Source of the DNA: Callorhinchus milii
Taxonomy: Eukaryota
DNA: 64,000 nt
Direction of reading: 5' to 3'
Assembly (NCBI RefSeq): GCF_018977255.1
Contig: NW_024704959.1
Location: 1-64,000 of the forward strand
Shown here in pieces: positions 35,748-49,294 of this stretch. A program made the translations under genes and the position numbers. The first letter of the stretch is position 1. Each line of letters starts with the position of its first letter. The notes beneath the pieces are model-generated. The model searched no databases. It was not told the DNA's origin and was given only the letters and a program-made list of their open reading frames with translations.

Positions 35748-37178
35748 ATGCAGGCAGATACAAACACCCTGACATACACACTCGTACACAACGTGGCCAT
35801 ACGACTGTCGTAGCTGTACCTTGCAGGTCGGGCACACAAACTCGCAGCCCGCGCGTGCCTTTGTCCTGCAGGCATGCTCCACACAAGACGCGTGTCCGCA
35901 CACCGGCAGCAGGTAGGGGCGGCTGCGTGACGCGTCCCAGGCTCCACTGGGAAACAGACATTTTTTAAAATCCCAACCAAGGCATGGGATCAGAACAAGT
36001 GCTAAGGCAGCACCTGACGCGCAAAGACAGCGTCGACTTTTCCCATTTGAAAGCGGCCACTCCTCGTCATCATCACAGATTAAGGGGTCTGTAATTATGA
36101 CGATAGACCTGATTTTCATTCAATCAGGTCTATAATTGAATGACAATCGTAGACCTGATTTTCATTCATTTAGGATTTTCTTTGGACGTCAGCTAATAAA
36201 GTAGATTATCGATTATTCGTGCTGACAGGGAGGACAGCCGCGGATAATTCAAAATCGCGGACATTAGATTACTTTTATTTAAACTATGAACTTCATACAT
36301 TAACAGTACATCTAGCAACTAATTTACCTGGTGGTATTGAAACAATTCTTACATGCTTGTGTTGAACCAATGCCGCTTGAAATGATACAACAGCAGGCGT
36401 TGACGATGAAAAGCGTAAAAAACTATTCTGAGTTTATTGTCCCTTATTTTATGGCCTGCTCAGATCTTCTTTCGGGGACTCAATTCGCTACTTTTAGCTC
36501 TGAACATCAAGCGTAGCGAGTGAGCCTCTATGAAGGCCAGCAGCGTGCTGTTAGTGGTCGTGTAAGCAGAATCACAGCCGTCTTTGTCTCCCGAATCTAC
36601 ACTCGCAATGAACCGAGTACTCATTTAAGGCCGAACTGACCTAAGGGAGGCTCCCAAGAATGGTTTATATTTCGAGTTGCCGCTGTTTCTCCCCGTCAGA
36701 AATTAAATTACCTTCACGCATCTTCATGTGGCGTCTCCTTGAGACGACTGTAACTGCACGAGCTAAAGGCGTGTCTTTCTGTAAGCGCCACACTGCCTTA
36801 CGCGAGACTTCAGTTTTACATTTTCCATCATCTACTCCTTTAACGGATGTAGAAATTTAAACTAACTTCTTTCGCACCGTACGTAGCCAATGGTGCTAAT
36901 CTGATGTGCGGAGCAAGAACAAACACTAAAACACAAAACGCACGCGCATGTAGGCCGTGCTATAAACAATTACCTTTGATTTCCTGTGCGGGCAAGGACG
37001 ATACAGTCCACTAAAACTACGAGCACGCGGCACACCACCAGCGGCCACGTCTCCTGCCGCGTGTGCAGGCGGTGCAACTGCACGGGCCCACACGGGCGGG
37101 GAGTTGCTGCAGTGCCATGCCACGTGGAGCAGAGGGGGGCATTGGCAGGCTTCATTCTTGTGTTTCTTGCACCAGAAC

Positions 37179-38966
37179 CAGACTCTCACACAGAGACCCA
37201 GACTACACAGAGACCTCACACAGAGACTCTCACACCAGAGACCCCAGAGACCTCACACAGAGACCCAGAGACTCTCACACAGAGACCCAGAGACCTACAC
37301 AGAGACCCAGAGACTCTCACGAACCAGAGACCCAGAGACTCTCACACAGAGACTCTCACACAGAGACCCAGAGACTCTCACACAGAGATTCTCACACAGA
37401 GACCCAGAGACTTACACAGAGACCCAGAGACTCTCACACAGAGACACTCACACAGAGACCCAGAGACTCTCACACAGAGACCCAGAGACTCTCACACAGA
37501 GACCCTCACACAGACTCTCACACAGAGACCCTCACACAGAGACCCTCACACAGAGACTCTCACACAGAGACCCTCACACAGAGACCTCCACGAGACCTCA
37601 CACAGAGACCCTCACACAGAGACCCTCACACAGAGACCCCAGAGACTCTCACACAGAGACCCTCACACAGACCTCACACAGAGACCCTCACACAGACTCT
37701 CACACAGAGACCCTCACACAGAGACTCACACAGAGACCCTCACACAGAGACCCAGAGACTCTCACACAGAGACCCAAAGACTCTCACACAGAGACCCAGA
37801 GACCCTCACACAGAGACCCAGAGACTCTCACACAGAGACCTCACACAGACTCTCACACAGAGACCTCACACAGAGACCTCACACAGAGACCCAGAGACTC
37901 TCACACAGAGACTCACACGAGACCAGAGACTCACACAGAGACTCACACAGAGACTCCACACAGAGACTCACACAGAGACTCACACAGAGACTCACCAGAG
38001 ACCTCACACAGAGACTCACACAGAGACCCAGAGACTCACACAGAGACTCACACAGAGACCCAGAGACTCACACAGAGACTCACACAGAGACCAGAGACCT
38101 CACACAGAGACTCAGAGACTCCACCAGAGACTCACAGAGACCCAGAGACTCTCACACAGAGACTCAGAGACTCTCACCCAGAGACTCAGAGACTCTCACA
38201 CAGAGACCCTCACACAGAGACTCACAGAGAGACTCTCACACAGAGACTCAGAGACTCTCACCAGAGACTCAGAGACTCTCACCCAGAGACTCTCACACAG
38301 AGACCCAGAGACTCTCACCCAGAGACTCTCACACAGAGACCAGAGACTCTCACACAGAGACCCAGAGACTCTCACCCAGAGACTCTCACACAGAGACCCA
38401 GAGACTCTCACCAGAGACCAGAGACCTCACCAGAGACTCAGAGACTCTCACACAGAGACTCACACAGACTCTCACACAGAGACTCACACAGACTCTCACA
38501 CAGAGACTCAGAGACTCTCACCCAGAGACTCTCACACAGAGACCCAGAGACTCTCACCCAGAGACTCTCACACAGAGACCCAGAGACTCAGAGACTCTCA
38601 CACAGAGACCCAGAGACTCTCACCCAGAGACTCTCACACCAGAGACTCTCACACAGAGACTCACAGACTCTCACCAGAACAGAGACCAGAGACTCTCACA
38701 CAGAGACTCCAGAGAACTCTCACACAGAGACTCAGAGACTCACAGAGAGACTCTCACACAGAGACCTCACAAGAGGACCCTCACACAGAGACTCCACACC
38801 AGAGACTCTCACACAGAGACTCAGAGACTCTCACCCAGAGACTCAGAGACTCTCACCAGAGACTCTCCACCAGAGACTCTCACCCAGAGACTCTCACCAG
38901 AGACTCTCACAGAGACTCACACAGAGACTCTCACAGAGAGACTCACACAGAGGCCCAGAGACTCAC
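37179..38966. repeat. GAGACTCTCACACAGAGACCCA-type satellite
   Basis: Mixed tandem units of about 8, 14 and 22 bp. Confidence 0.97.
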
Positions 38967-39286
38967 GCGGCAGCGACTCCGTGAGCAGTGATGGCGGCGC
39001 GAGACCGCGCGCGCTGGGTGACACCACGTGGTGCTGACACCACGTGCCGAGTGCGCACGCCGAGTCACGTGGGGGCGGGCGGCCATCTTACCTGGGGACA
39101 GTGCTGCACTGTAACAGTGGGGAGCGGCGGTGCAGCGGTTAGCGCGGCGCTTTGTGTAAACATCGTCACTAGGGAGACAAAGGCGGCCGGGCGTGGTCCT
39201 GGCTACCCACTCCCTCGTGTGCCGTGCATAGGTGCTCGCTAACAGCACTTGCCCCAACAGTCTGTTCAGGATATACGGGGGATCTT

Positions 39287-42200
39287 TGTGAATGTGTGAG
39301 TCTGCGAGTGAGTCTGTGTGAGTGTGTGAGTCTGTGTGAGTGAGTGAGTCTGTGTGAGTATGTGAGTCTGTGTGAGTGAGTGAATCTGTGTGAGTGTGTG
39401 AGTGAGTGAGTCTGTGTGTGTGAGTGAGTCTGTGTGTGAGAGTCTGTGTGTGTGACGTCTGTGTGAGTGAGTCTGTGTGTGTGAGTCTGTGTGAGTGAGT
39501 CTGTGTGTGTGAGTGAGTCTGTGAGTGAGTGAGTCTGTGTGAGTGTGTGAGTCTGTGTGAGTGGTGAGTCTGTGTGAGTGAGTCTGTGTGAGTGGTGAGT
39601 CTGTGTGAGTGAGTGAGTCTGTGTGAGTGAGTGAGTCTGTGTGAGTCTGTGTGAGTGTGTGAGTCTGTGTGAGTGAGTGAGTCTGTGTGAGTGAGTGAGT
39701 CTGTGTGAGTCTGTGTGAGTGAGTGAGTCTGTGAGTGTGTGAGTCTGTGTGAGTGAGTCTGTGTGAGTGGTGAGTCTGTGTGAGTGAGTCTGTGTGAGTG
39801 TGTGAGTCTGTGTGAGTGAGTCTGTGGTGGTGAGTCTGTGTGGTGAGTCTGTGTGAGTGTGTGAGTCTGTGTGAGTGAGTCTGTGTGTGTGAGTCTGTGT
39901 GTGTGAGTGAGTCTGTGTGAGTGAGTCTGTGTGAGTGTGTGAGTCTGTGTGAGTGAGTGAGTCTGTGTGAGTGTGTGAGTCTGTGTGAGTGTGTGAGTCT
40001 GTGAGTGTGTGAGTCTGTGTGAGTGAGTCTGTGTGAGTCTGTGTGAGTGAGTGAGTCTGTGTGAGTGAGTGAGTCTGTGTGAGTGTGTGAGTGAGTGAGT
40101 GTGTGAGTCTGTGTGAATGTGTGAGTCTGTGTGAGTGAGTCTGTGTGAGTGAGTGAGTCTGTGTGAGTGAGTGAGTCTGTGTGAGTGAGTGAGTCTGTGT
40201 GAGTGTGTGAGTCTGTGTGAGTGAGTGAGTCTGTGTGAGTGAGTGAGTCTGTGTGAGTGTGTGAGTCTGTGTGAGTGAGTGAGTCTGTGTGAGTGAGTAG
40301 TCTGTGTGAGTGAGTGAGTCTGTGTGAGTGAGTGAGTCTGTGTGAGTGTGTGAGTCTGTGTGAGTGAGTGAGTCTGTGTAAGTCTGTGAGTGAGTCTGTG
40401 TGAGTGTGTGAGTCTGTGTGAGTGAGTGAGTCTGTGTGAGTGTGTGAGTCTGTGTGAGTGAGTGAGTCTGTGTGAGTGTGTGAGTCTGTGTGAGTGTGAG
40501 TCTGTGTGAGTGATTCTGTGTGAGTGTGTGAGTCTGTGTGAGTGAGTCTGTGTGAGTGTGTGAGTCTGTGTGAGTGAGTCTGTGTGAGTGTGTGAGTGAG
40601 TGAGTCTGTGTGAGTGTGTGAGTCTGTGTGAGTGAGTGAGTCTGTGTGAGTGTGTGAGTCTGTGTGAGTGTGTGAGTCTGTGAGTGAGTCTGTGTGAGTG
40701 TGTGAGTCTGTGTGAGTGAGTGAGTCTGTGTGAGTGTGTGAGTCTGTGTGAGTGAGTGAGTCTGTGTGAGTGTGTGAGTCTGTGTGAGTGTGTGAGTCTG
40801 TGTGAGTGAGTCTGTGTGAGTGTGTGAGTCTGTGTGAGTGAGTGAGTCTGTGTGAGTGTGTGAGTCTGTGTGAGTGAGTCTGTGTGAGTGTGTGAGTGAG
40901 TGAGTCTGTGTGAGTGTGTGAGTCTGTGTGAGTGAGTGAGTCTGTGTGAGTGTGTGAGTCTGTGTGAGTGTGTGAGTCTGTGTGAGTGTGTGAGTGAGTG
41001 AGTCTGTGTGAGTGAGTGAGTCTGTGTGAGTGAGTGAGTCTGTGTGAGTGTGTGAGTCTGTGTGAGTGTGTGAGTGAGTGAGTCTGTGTGAGTGAGTGAG
41101 TCTGTGTGAGTGTGTGAGTCTGTGTGAGTGAGTGAGTCTGTGTGAGTGTGTGAGTCTGTGTGAGTGTGTGAGTCTGTGTGAGTGAGTCTGTGTGAGTGTG
41201 TGAGTCTGTGTGAGTGAGTGAGTCTGTGTGAGTGTGTGAGTCTGTGTGAGTGAGTCTGTGTGAGTGTGTGAGTCTGTGTGAGTGGTGTGAGTCTGTGTGT
41301 GTGAGTCTGTGTGAGTGAGTCTGTGTGAGTGAGTGAGTCTGTGTGAGTGAGTGAGTCTGTGTGAGTGTGTGAGTGAGTGAGTCTGTGTGAGTGTGTGAGT
41401 CTGTGTGAATGTGTGAGTCTGTGTGAGTGAGTCTGTGTGAGTGTGTGAGTCTGTGTGAGTGAGTGAGTCTGTGTGAGTGAGTGAGTCTGTGTGAGTGAGT
41501 GAGTCTGTGTGAGTGAGTGAGTCTGTGTGAGTGTGTGAGTCTGTGTGAGTGAGTCTGTGTGAGTGAGTAAGTCTGTGTGAGTGAGTCTGTGTGAGTGAGT
41601 GAGTCTGTGTGAGTGTGTGAGTCTGTGTGAGTGAGTGAGTCTGTGTGAGTGTGTGAGTCTGTGAGTGAGTCTGTGTGAGTGTGTGAGTCTGTGTGAGTGA
41701 GTGAGTCTGTGTGAGTGTGTGAGTCTGTGTGAGTGAGTGAGTCTGTGTGAGTGTGTGAGTCTGTGTGAGTGTGTGAGTCTGTGTGAGTGAGTCTGTGTGA
41801 GTGTGTGAGTCTGTGTGAGTGAGTGAGTCTGTGTGAGTGTGTGAGTCTGTGTGAGTGAGTCTGTGAGTGTGTGAGTGAGTGAGTCTGTGTGAGTGTGTGA
41901 GTCTGTGTGAGTGAGTGAGTCTGTGTGAGTGTGTGAGTCTGTGTGAGTGTGTGAGTCTGTGAGTGAGTCTGTGTGAGTGTGTGAGTCTGTGTGAGTGAGT
42001 GAGTCTGTGTGAGTGTGTGAGTCTGTGTGAGTGAGTGAGTCTGTGTGAGTGTGTGAGTCTGTGTGAGTGAGTGAGTCTGTGTGAGTGTGTGAGTCTGTGT
42101 GAGTGAGTGAGTCTGTGTGAGTGTGTGAGTCTGTGTGAGTGAGTCTGTGGTGAGTGGTGGTGAGTGAGTCTGTGTGAGTGTGTGAGTCTGTGTGAGTGAG

Positions 42201-42812
42201 TGAGTCTGTGTGAGTGGTGGTGAGTCTGTGTGAGTGTGTGAGTCTGTGTGAGTGTGTGAGTGAGTGAGTCTGTGTGAGTGTGTGAGTCTGTGTGAGTGAG
42301 TGAGTCTGTGTGAGTGTGTGAGTCTGTGTGAGTGGTGAGTGAGTGAGTCTGTGTGAGTGTGTGAGTCTGTGTGAGTGAGTGAGTCTGTGTGAGTGTGTGA
42401 GTCTGTGTGAGTGTGTGAGTCTGTGTGAGTGTGTGAGTGAGTGAGTCTGTGTGAGTGAGTGAGTCTGTGTGAGTGAGTGAGTCTGTGTGAGTGTGTGAGT
42501 CTGTGTGAGTGTGTGAGTGAGTGAGTCTGTGTGAGTGAGTGAGTCTGTGTGAGTGAGTGAGTCTGTGTGAGTGTGTGAGTCTGTGTGAGTGAGTGAGTCT
42601 GTGTGAGTGTGTGAGTCTGTGTGAGTGTGTGAGTCTGTGTGAGTGTGTGAGTGAGTGAGTCTGTGTGAGTGAGTGAGTCTGTGTGAGTGAGTGAGTCTGT
42701 GTGAGTGAGTGAGTCTGTGTCAGTGAGTGAGTCTGTGTGAGTGTGTGAGTCTGTGTGAGTGAGTGAGTCTGTGTGAGTGAGTGAGTCTGTGTGAGTGTGT
42801 GAGTCTGTGTGT
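39287..42812. repeat. ~18-bp satellite GAGTCTGTGTGAGT(GA/GT)GT
   Basis: 3.5-kb homogeneous array; source of the >1100-aa THS pseudo-ORFs. Confidence 0.98.
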
Positions 42813-43656
42813 ATGTGCACGTGTGGATCACCACACAAATGTTGTGAAACTCCCCGTGGTCGCTAAGGTCGCCATCTCCTGGCCTATCCAGGGTCTGGAA
42901 GCGCAGCAAGCGGAGACATTTCCATCTCGAGGGGATTTAATGTTTCCCCCTCGCACGCGTTGGTTCTCTCCCCTCACATGCATACTCGCTCTTGAATGGA
43001 ACTGGGCAAACATATGCCATGCAATGGGGCCCATTGCCTCAAACATCGCCCATGATATATTTTCCTCTTAAGGCAGCCGTGGTATTAACGAATGTGTTCA
43101 TTGAGTTTTATTTGTGCACCACTGCCAACGCGGTATCGACAAATTATCCCAATGTAGGACCACAGAGCTTGGGGATATTGTTGGTCGCGCCGGTTTCTGA
43201 CTGGCTGCAACACCAATGCACAACATACAGCACTAACATACAACATGTATGTTGAACTTCTATCGCACCGTACGTAGCCAACCGCGATAATCGGAGGTGC
43301 TGGCTGCTGGTGAAGAACAACAAACTAAACACAAAAAGCAGTTCTAAAGAAATGGGTTGTCAAAGACATTTAAAAGTGCAGAGCTCCAATGTCTTCCAAA
43401 TATCGGAAGGAAGAGCGATGGCCGCAGAAGCGCATCTGAAAGCGGCACGCGATGAGGTGCCCGCACCCCTCCTGACCCCCCCGGGATGCACCCCAGAGCC
43501 CCCCCCCAACCCCCCTCGGACCCCCTCGGCGAAGACAGCGCAGAGTGCCGCAGCTGCCTCGCCCGCACTGTGGCACTGCAGTTGTACCACGTGGCCACAC
43601 GGCGGCGGTGGAGATTACTGATCGGGCGTCCGTGTTGGTGAGCTCATTGAGACGAG

Positions 43657-43729
43657 CAGGGGTCCCCAACCCCCGGGCCGCTGACCAGTACCGGTCCGTG
43701 GCCTGTTAGGAACCGAGCCGCACAGCAAG
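43657..43729 (+). mobile_element. hAT Charlie3/MER1-like terminal fragment
   Basis: CAGGGGTCCCCAACCCCCGGGCCG...GTACCGGTCCGTGGCCTGTTAGGAACC, recognised from memory. Cut off by the gap. Confidence 0.75.
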
Positions 43730-43893
43730 NNNNNNNNNNNNNNNNNNNNNNNNNNNNNNNNNNNNNNNNNNNNNNNNNNNNNNNNNNNNNNNNNNNNNNN
43801 NNNNNNNNNNNNNNNNNNNNNNNNNNNNNNNNNNNNNNNNNNNNNNNNNNNNNNNNNNNNNNNNNNNNNNNNNNNNNNNNNNNNNNNNNNNNN
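43730..43893. other. Assembly gap (164 N)
   Basis: Run of N. Confidence 1.
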
Positions 43894-43942
43894 CCATGTT
43901 GGTTAGGTTATTGAGAGGACGTCCATGTTGGTTAGGTTATTT

Positions 43943-44342
43943 AGAGGACGTCCTTGAATTACGTTACGCACCTAGGGGGGGGGGGGGAGTCAGACATTTG
44001 TGACGATGTGTGACGAGGGGGGGGGGTTGAGAAATGTGACGTCACATCAAAATGCGTAACTTTAAATAAATATAGTCAACACGTTCTACTTAATTAAATA
44101 TACTTTTAATAAATGTTTTATCCTACAACATCATAGTGCAGCGGCACATTAAATACGCACTACAATGACAATACTTTAAAGCTATTTGAAGCGTGTTTTA
44201 TTTTTTGTGGGGGGATGGGGGGCAGAGCTTTGTGACGTCATATTTGAGGGGGGGGGTCTGACTTTTCGTGACGCCGTGTGACGAGGGAGGGTGGGGTCAA
44301 AAGTCGTCCAAAATCGCGTGACGTCATTTATGGACAGCCCCT
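43943..44342. mobile_element. TIR-bounded MITE, superfamily uncertain
   Basis: AGAGGACGTCCTTGAATTACGTTACGC is an imperfect inverted match to GCGTGACGTCATTTATGGACAGCCCCT. Internal GTGTGACG repeats. Confidence 0.6.
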
Positions 44343-44907
44343 TAGGTCATTTAGCTCATGAGGTTTTGGTCTCATTGCCACCTCCACCATGAGCAGAGGC
44401 CGCGGGTAGAGGCCACGCACCGACACTCGGGGCAGTCGTCCCAACTGTTGAAGTGGCGAGCTGCCGGCTTGGACAGGAAGGCCATTGTCCGTAGCGTCGC
44501 CTGTATGTGTTCTTCTTTAAAGGCCGCCGGGTTATTAACGAATGTGTTGATTTTGTTTAATTCGGGATTGTGTTCGTGCGCCACTGCCATCGCAGCCAGA
44601 GATTCACCTAGGAGAGGGTGCCGTGTATCCATGCACTCCAGTGACATCCGCAGGGCCAGGCTCGAGCCAGTGCGTGACAGAGTTATTTGCTGAACTTGAT
44701 CCATGTCTATCAGAGTGGGTCCCTGCCAAGAGGACCTGGCAATTCATCAGTGTTGGTTCAAGCAAGCCTGACTGCTGATTAGTCACCAAGTGTCCAATCC
44801 TCACCAGGATGCTGCTTGTGTTGAATCAATGATGCTGCTGAGATCTACTCTCAGAAGGCTGACGGGATGAGTAGAACCACTCGCATTGTTTTTGTGGAGA
44901 TACGGCT

Positions 44908-45205
44908 ATGAGGAGGCAGTTATTGAGAGATGTCAACTACCTCGCCTGGTATACAGGGAGACGTGGGTTCGATTCCGACCCCGATACCTGTATATTTGGA
45001 GTTTGCGTGTTTTCTCCGTGGTCGCGTAGATTCTTCTACGGCTCCTCTGGTTTTCCCCTCCACATTGAGAAACATACGTTTCTAGTATTTGACATATATT
45101 TTCAGATGATGAGCCACTTCATTGAGATATTATTTGTGACCAGGTAGCTTCTGAAAAAGAGCTATTGGACCAGTGGGCCTTACCTGGTAAATAAAAAGTT
45201 TAGTT
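44908..45205 (+). mobile_element. V-SINE-like element; partial copy at 48020-48170
   Basis: B box GGTTCGATTCC, V-domain-like core, A-rich tail. Confidence 0.8.
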
Positions 45206-46029
45206 CGGGCCACCTCCCGCACCACGCTTGTGAGCACAGGGACACCGCGTGCTCACCTCCAGACCGCATCACCAGCTTATACCTCGAGCTCACACCTTGA
45301 GCTCACGCCTTGAGCTCGAACTTTCAGTTCACACCTCCGGCTCATCACCTTCTGCTGAGCTCCACCAAGCACGCTCGGCTCAGGTTCTTTAATCACGAAT
45401 ACAGCAGCCGCGTTGTACAGACTCCACCAATATTCAGGGACATCTCCACCGCCACTCAGGGACATCACCACTGCTCAAGGACATCTCCACCACTCACAGC
45501 AGGGGCAACGGACACCACCGTTGACATTTCACAGATGTGATTGAGATGGTCAGCTGTGATTTCAGGTGCATTTTGATGACTCCATGAGAACCGTTCTTGA
45601 TCTGCTGAAGTAGCAGCGATAATCGTCGTGCCACTTTTTATTTCGTCCCAGAGCACCCTGCACCGACCGGGTCGTGACAGTGACAGCAGCAGTAGCGACA
45701 TCGTGGCGCGTCACTGACACGGCTAAACACACATGAGCGGAGATGTAGTGGCGGCTGCAGGCAAAGCGCATCCCTCACATGAACAATAAATCAAGCTACA
45801 CTCTAGCCCACAGATATGTCAAAGACAAAGATCCCCCGTAAAGATTTAACAGACTGGCATGCGAGGTAGCCTCAGCTAAATGAGTACCAGGCACTAATTT
45901 GAGACTGAGTCGATCACTGGTGTTGGCCATGAGCGGAAATTTAACTCCGGTCGCTGGCTTCGTAGCGCAGCACGCTAACATGCAAAGGGTGCAGCGATGT
46001 TGTAATGTTATTTATTTTGTATTATTTCT

Positions 46030-46940
46030 TATTTGGGGTGGTGGTGGTGTTGGTAGGGGTCAAGGTGTTTATAGAGTTGGCGTTTGTAGGATAGGTAACG
46101 TTGATAGGACTGTTGTTGGGAAGAGTGATGGTGTCGGTTGGGGTGGTCGTATTGGTAGGAGTCATTGTGTTGGTAGGATTGGTGCTGGTAGGGTTGGTGT
46201 TGGTAGGGGTAGTAGTAAGAATAATGGTGTTGGTAGGGATGGTGTTGGTAGGGTTGGTGTTGATAGGGTTGGCGTTGGTAGGGTTGGTTTTGGTAGGAGT
46301 GGTGGTGTTCGTCGGAGTAGTTGCGTTTGGTCAGGGTAGCGGTGTTGGGAGGGGTGGTAGTGTTGGTGGGTGTGCGGATTCTAAAGGTGGTGGAGTTGGT
46401 AGGAGTGGTGGAGCAGGCATTGATCCGGGCCATGAAGAGTGATCTCTTTTCCCTCATGATCATGAGGCTGGACACATACTCAGCTGGGGTGATGTGGCTG
46501 GGAGTGGTAGTGAGGGTAGAGGAGGTAATGTTGGTAGGCGTGGGATTGGTCGAGGTGGTGGAGTTGGTAGGAGCGGGGGAGTTGGTGGTTGGGCTGGTGG
46601 GATAATTGAGCTTATTGTAGTGCAGCGGGCATTGGTGCGTGCCATGATCATGAGGTGACACCACTCACGCTCAGCTGGGGTAATGGTGTCGGTCCTGGTG
46701 GTGGTGAAGGTGGAGAAGATGTTGTTGGTAGGGTTTGTAGGGTTGGAAGAGGTGGTGGTGTTAGTCAGGATAGCATTGGTAGAGGTGGTGGTATTTGAAA
46801 GTGTGATGGTGTTAGTCGAGATAGCAATGTTGGTCGGGGTGGGGTTTGTCATGGTGGTGTTGGTAGGAGTGGTGCTGTTGGTAGGAGTGCTGGTGTTGGT
46901 AGGAGTGGTGCTGTTGGTGGGTGCGCTGTTAAGTGTTGGT
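46030..46940. repeat. GGTGTTGGTAGG low-complexity blocks interleaved with a repeated short module
   Basis: GCCATGA...CATGAGG...CTCAGCTGGGGT occurs near 46430-46490 and 46640-46682. Confidence 0.75.
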
Positions 46941-48589
46941 GAGCTATTCATCATGGAGCAGCCATCCAGCCGAGTCTTGAGGGATCTGTGGGTCCTCTTG
47001 ATTTTCATGGGGTGGCGCTTGCCCCGAGCCAATTTCCACATGGATCCTCTCATGTGGCGGCTTCGGTAAATTCGTCCACGTTGCGATGACTTCTGTTTAA
47101 AACCGGAAACAAAATCAGTATGAGGCAAGAGATTGCAGTCTCCTTCTTCCCCTGTTGGTCACATCCACTCAAATATTTTTTTTCACTTGCCATCTGCCAC
47201 ACCACCACCATTGATTGAACACGGGTGTTGTACTTGCCTTTCAGTCGCAAATATCGGACAACTATTTGTAATCCACAGCATGAACAATGTGTGTGCTTGT
47301 AATAAATGTGTGCGACTTTGTCGCGGGTGTGAGTGTGATTTTTTATTGTTTGTTCTTGTAACGTTCTAACCTGCCTCTCCTGGACATCTGTGAAAAATAG
47401 CTTAATAGCTCATCGGATTCCTCCAGTATAAATATTCTGATTCTGATTTGTGTCATCTATGCATGTGAGATTATGACATTTGCCTGAGTGATCTATATCC
47501 ACGATGCCTCTCTGGGTGTGGTGTCTCTGTGTGTGTCTGTTGTGGTGTCCTGCTGATTCTCTATGTGACAGTGAAGCCAGCACACTCTCTCTCTCTTACC
47601 AATTGATTCTTCCGCCAGACTCTTAGGCTGGTAATGGTGATCCCCGTGCTCTCCACGTGGTAAGTGATGGCCACCGGCCCACTGTGCAGCATCTTCATCA
47701 AGGTCGTCCACCTTGAGGGAGACGGGTATTCTCCATCTTGCGGAACCGTCATCCAACAGCCTAAAGAAGAAGCTGCTTGAGGTACCATCTCGGCCAAGTT
47801 CGACCGAGCCTTTGTTTCGGGAGGTTGGTGGTGTGGACGGCCATTGCTGGCATGGCAGGAGGTCGCGGACGCCACTGTTGAAAACATTGCACAAGTATTT
47901 GTAATGTACAGCACGACAACAAGTATCTTTCCCTCTCTTTAGTTCAGCCTTGACTAACAGCTGGATTCTCGGCAATAAACAAAAGTCATTGGTCACGTGC
48001 CATGGCCCTGCGTAGTTTGATCCTCTGGTTTTTCCCTCCACATTTAGAAACATTTATTTCGATAATTTAGATTATTTTGCTGCTATGAATGTCCAAATTA
48101 TGTCACTTTGTTGATCTATCATTTGTGACCAGGTTCCGTCTGAAAAATAAGTTAGTACCTCAGTGGGCTTTGTATGATGGGGGTGGTTTAGTTTTATTTG
48201 TTTGTTTTTGGGTGATTTTTTAACCTTTCATGTACTTTGCACTATTATCATGTTTTTGTAGTATTTGTTGTTGTAATGTTCTTACCAGCCCCTACTGGAC
48301 ATCTGTGAAAAGAGCTTCATAGCTCATCGGATTCCTCAACCATAAATAAATATATTATTCTGACTCTACTGGCTGGGGAAATAGTTCTGTCCGCACCAGG
48401 GCAACTCACCAACGTCGCACAAGGACAGCTGAGTCCAGCACATGTCCCAAATGCCACGCTGCCAGTAACAAAAAACACCCTTAAAGTTGCAGTGGATAAT
48501 ATTTAAGCATAATTAATTGAGCAAGGTGTTTGCGACTTTGTCTAGGATGTGTGTGTGGATGTCATATATACTTGTGTGTGTGGTGTATG

Positions 48590-49165
48590 TGTAGGGGTGT
48601 TACGGGAGGGCGAACAAACACACGAGGGGTGGTTATGCCCGCACGTGGAAGGATGCTTACATCCACGTCCGCATCGGTTAGCCCTGGGGGGCTGTAACGG
48701 CGCTGTGATCTCCCACGGCCCCACCCCTCGTGGGGGAGTTGCTATATAAGGCGGTGAGCCGGTGGGCACGGGGTTCAGTATTCAGCTTAACTAGTGAAGA
48801 GTGAAGACCGGCTAGATAGGCTCTGGGACTCCCCTGGATCGCTGTCCTTCTAAGGACCGACCAGGGCAAGCCAGTGGCGTGGCCCCGAGAGCCCAGAGCC
48901 GATGCTCTGTAAGAGCCGGTCTGGTGACTAAGGGTGCCGTGATCCTAGCTTGGCCAGAGCTGGATCAGCTAGCCTCCCCTAGCTCTCGAGTGGAGGACCT
49001 GGGAGTAGGCTAGCCGGGCTAGAGTTAATGGGGTCTCCCTGTTAGACAGGTGAAGGGGCCGTTACCCCTTCGAGTGTTGTATACATTGGCCTGTGCTGAG
49101 TGAAACATTATAATAAATAAGTGTGCCTCCGACTACGTCGTCTACGTCTCATTGAACCTACTACA
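48590..49165 (+). mobile_element. Solo LTR, family A relative
   Basis: TGTAG...CTACA termini, TSD TATG, TATATAA near 48743, AATAAA near 49112. Confidence 0.88.
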
Positions 49166-49294
49166 TATGCGAGTGAGATTCTTATATCTACGCGAGTGAT
49201 CTGTATGCGTGATACATCTCTGCGTGTGGTGGCTCTGCCTGTGGTGTCTGTTGCGGTGCCATGCTATGGTCTGTGTAATCGTGAAGCTGGCACT

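Noticed and set aside
36986-42909. ORFs of 626-1246 aa
   Set aside because: Satellite translations.
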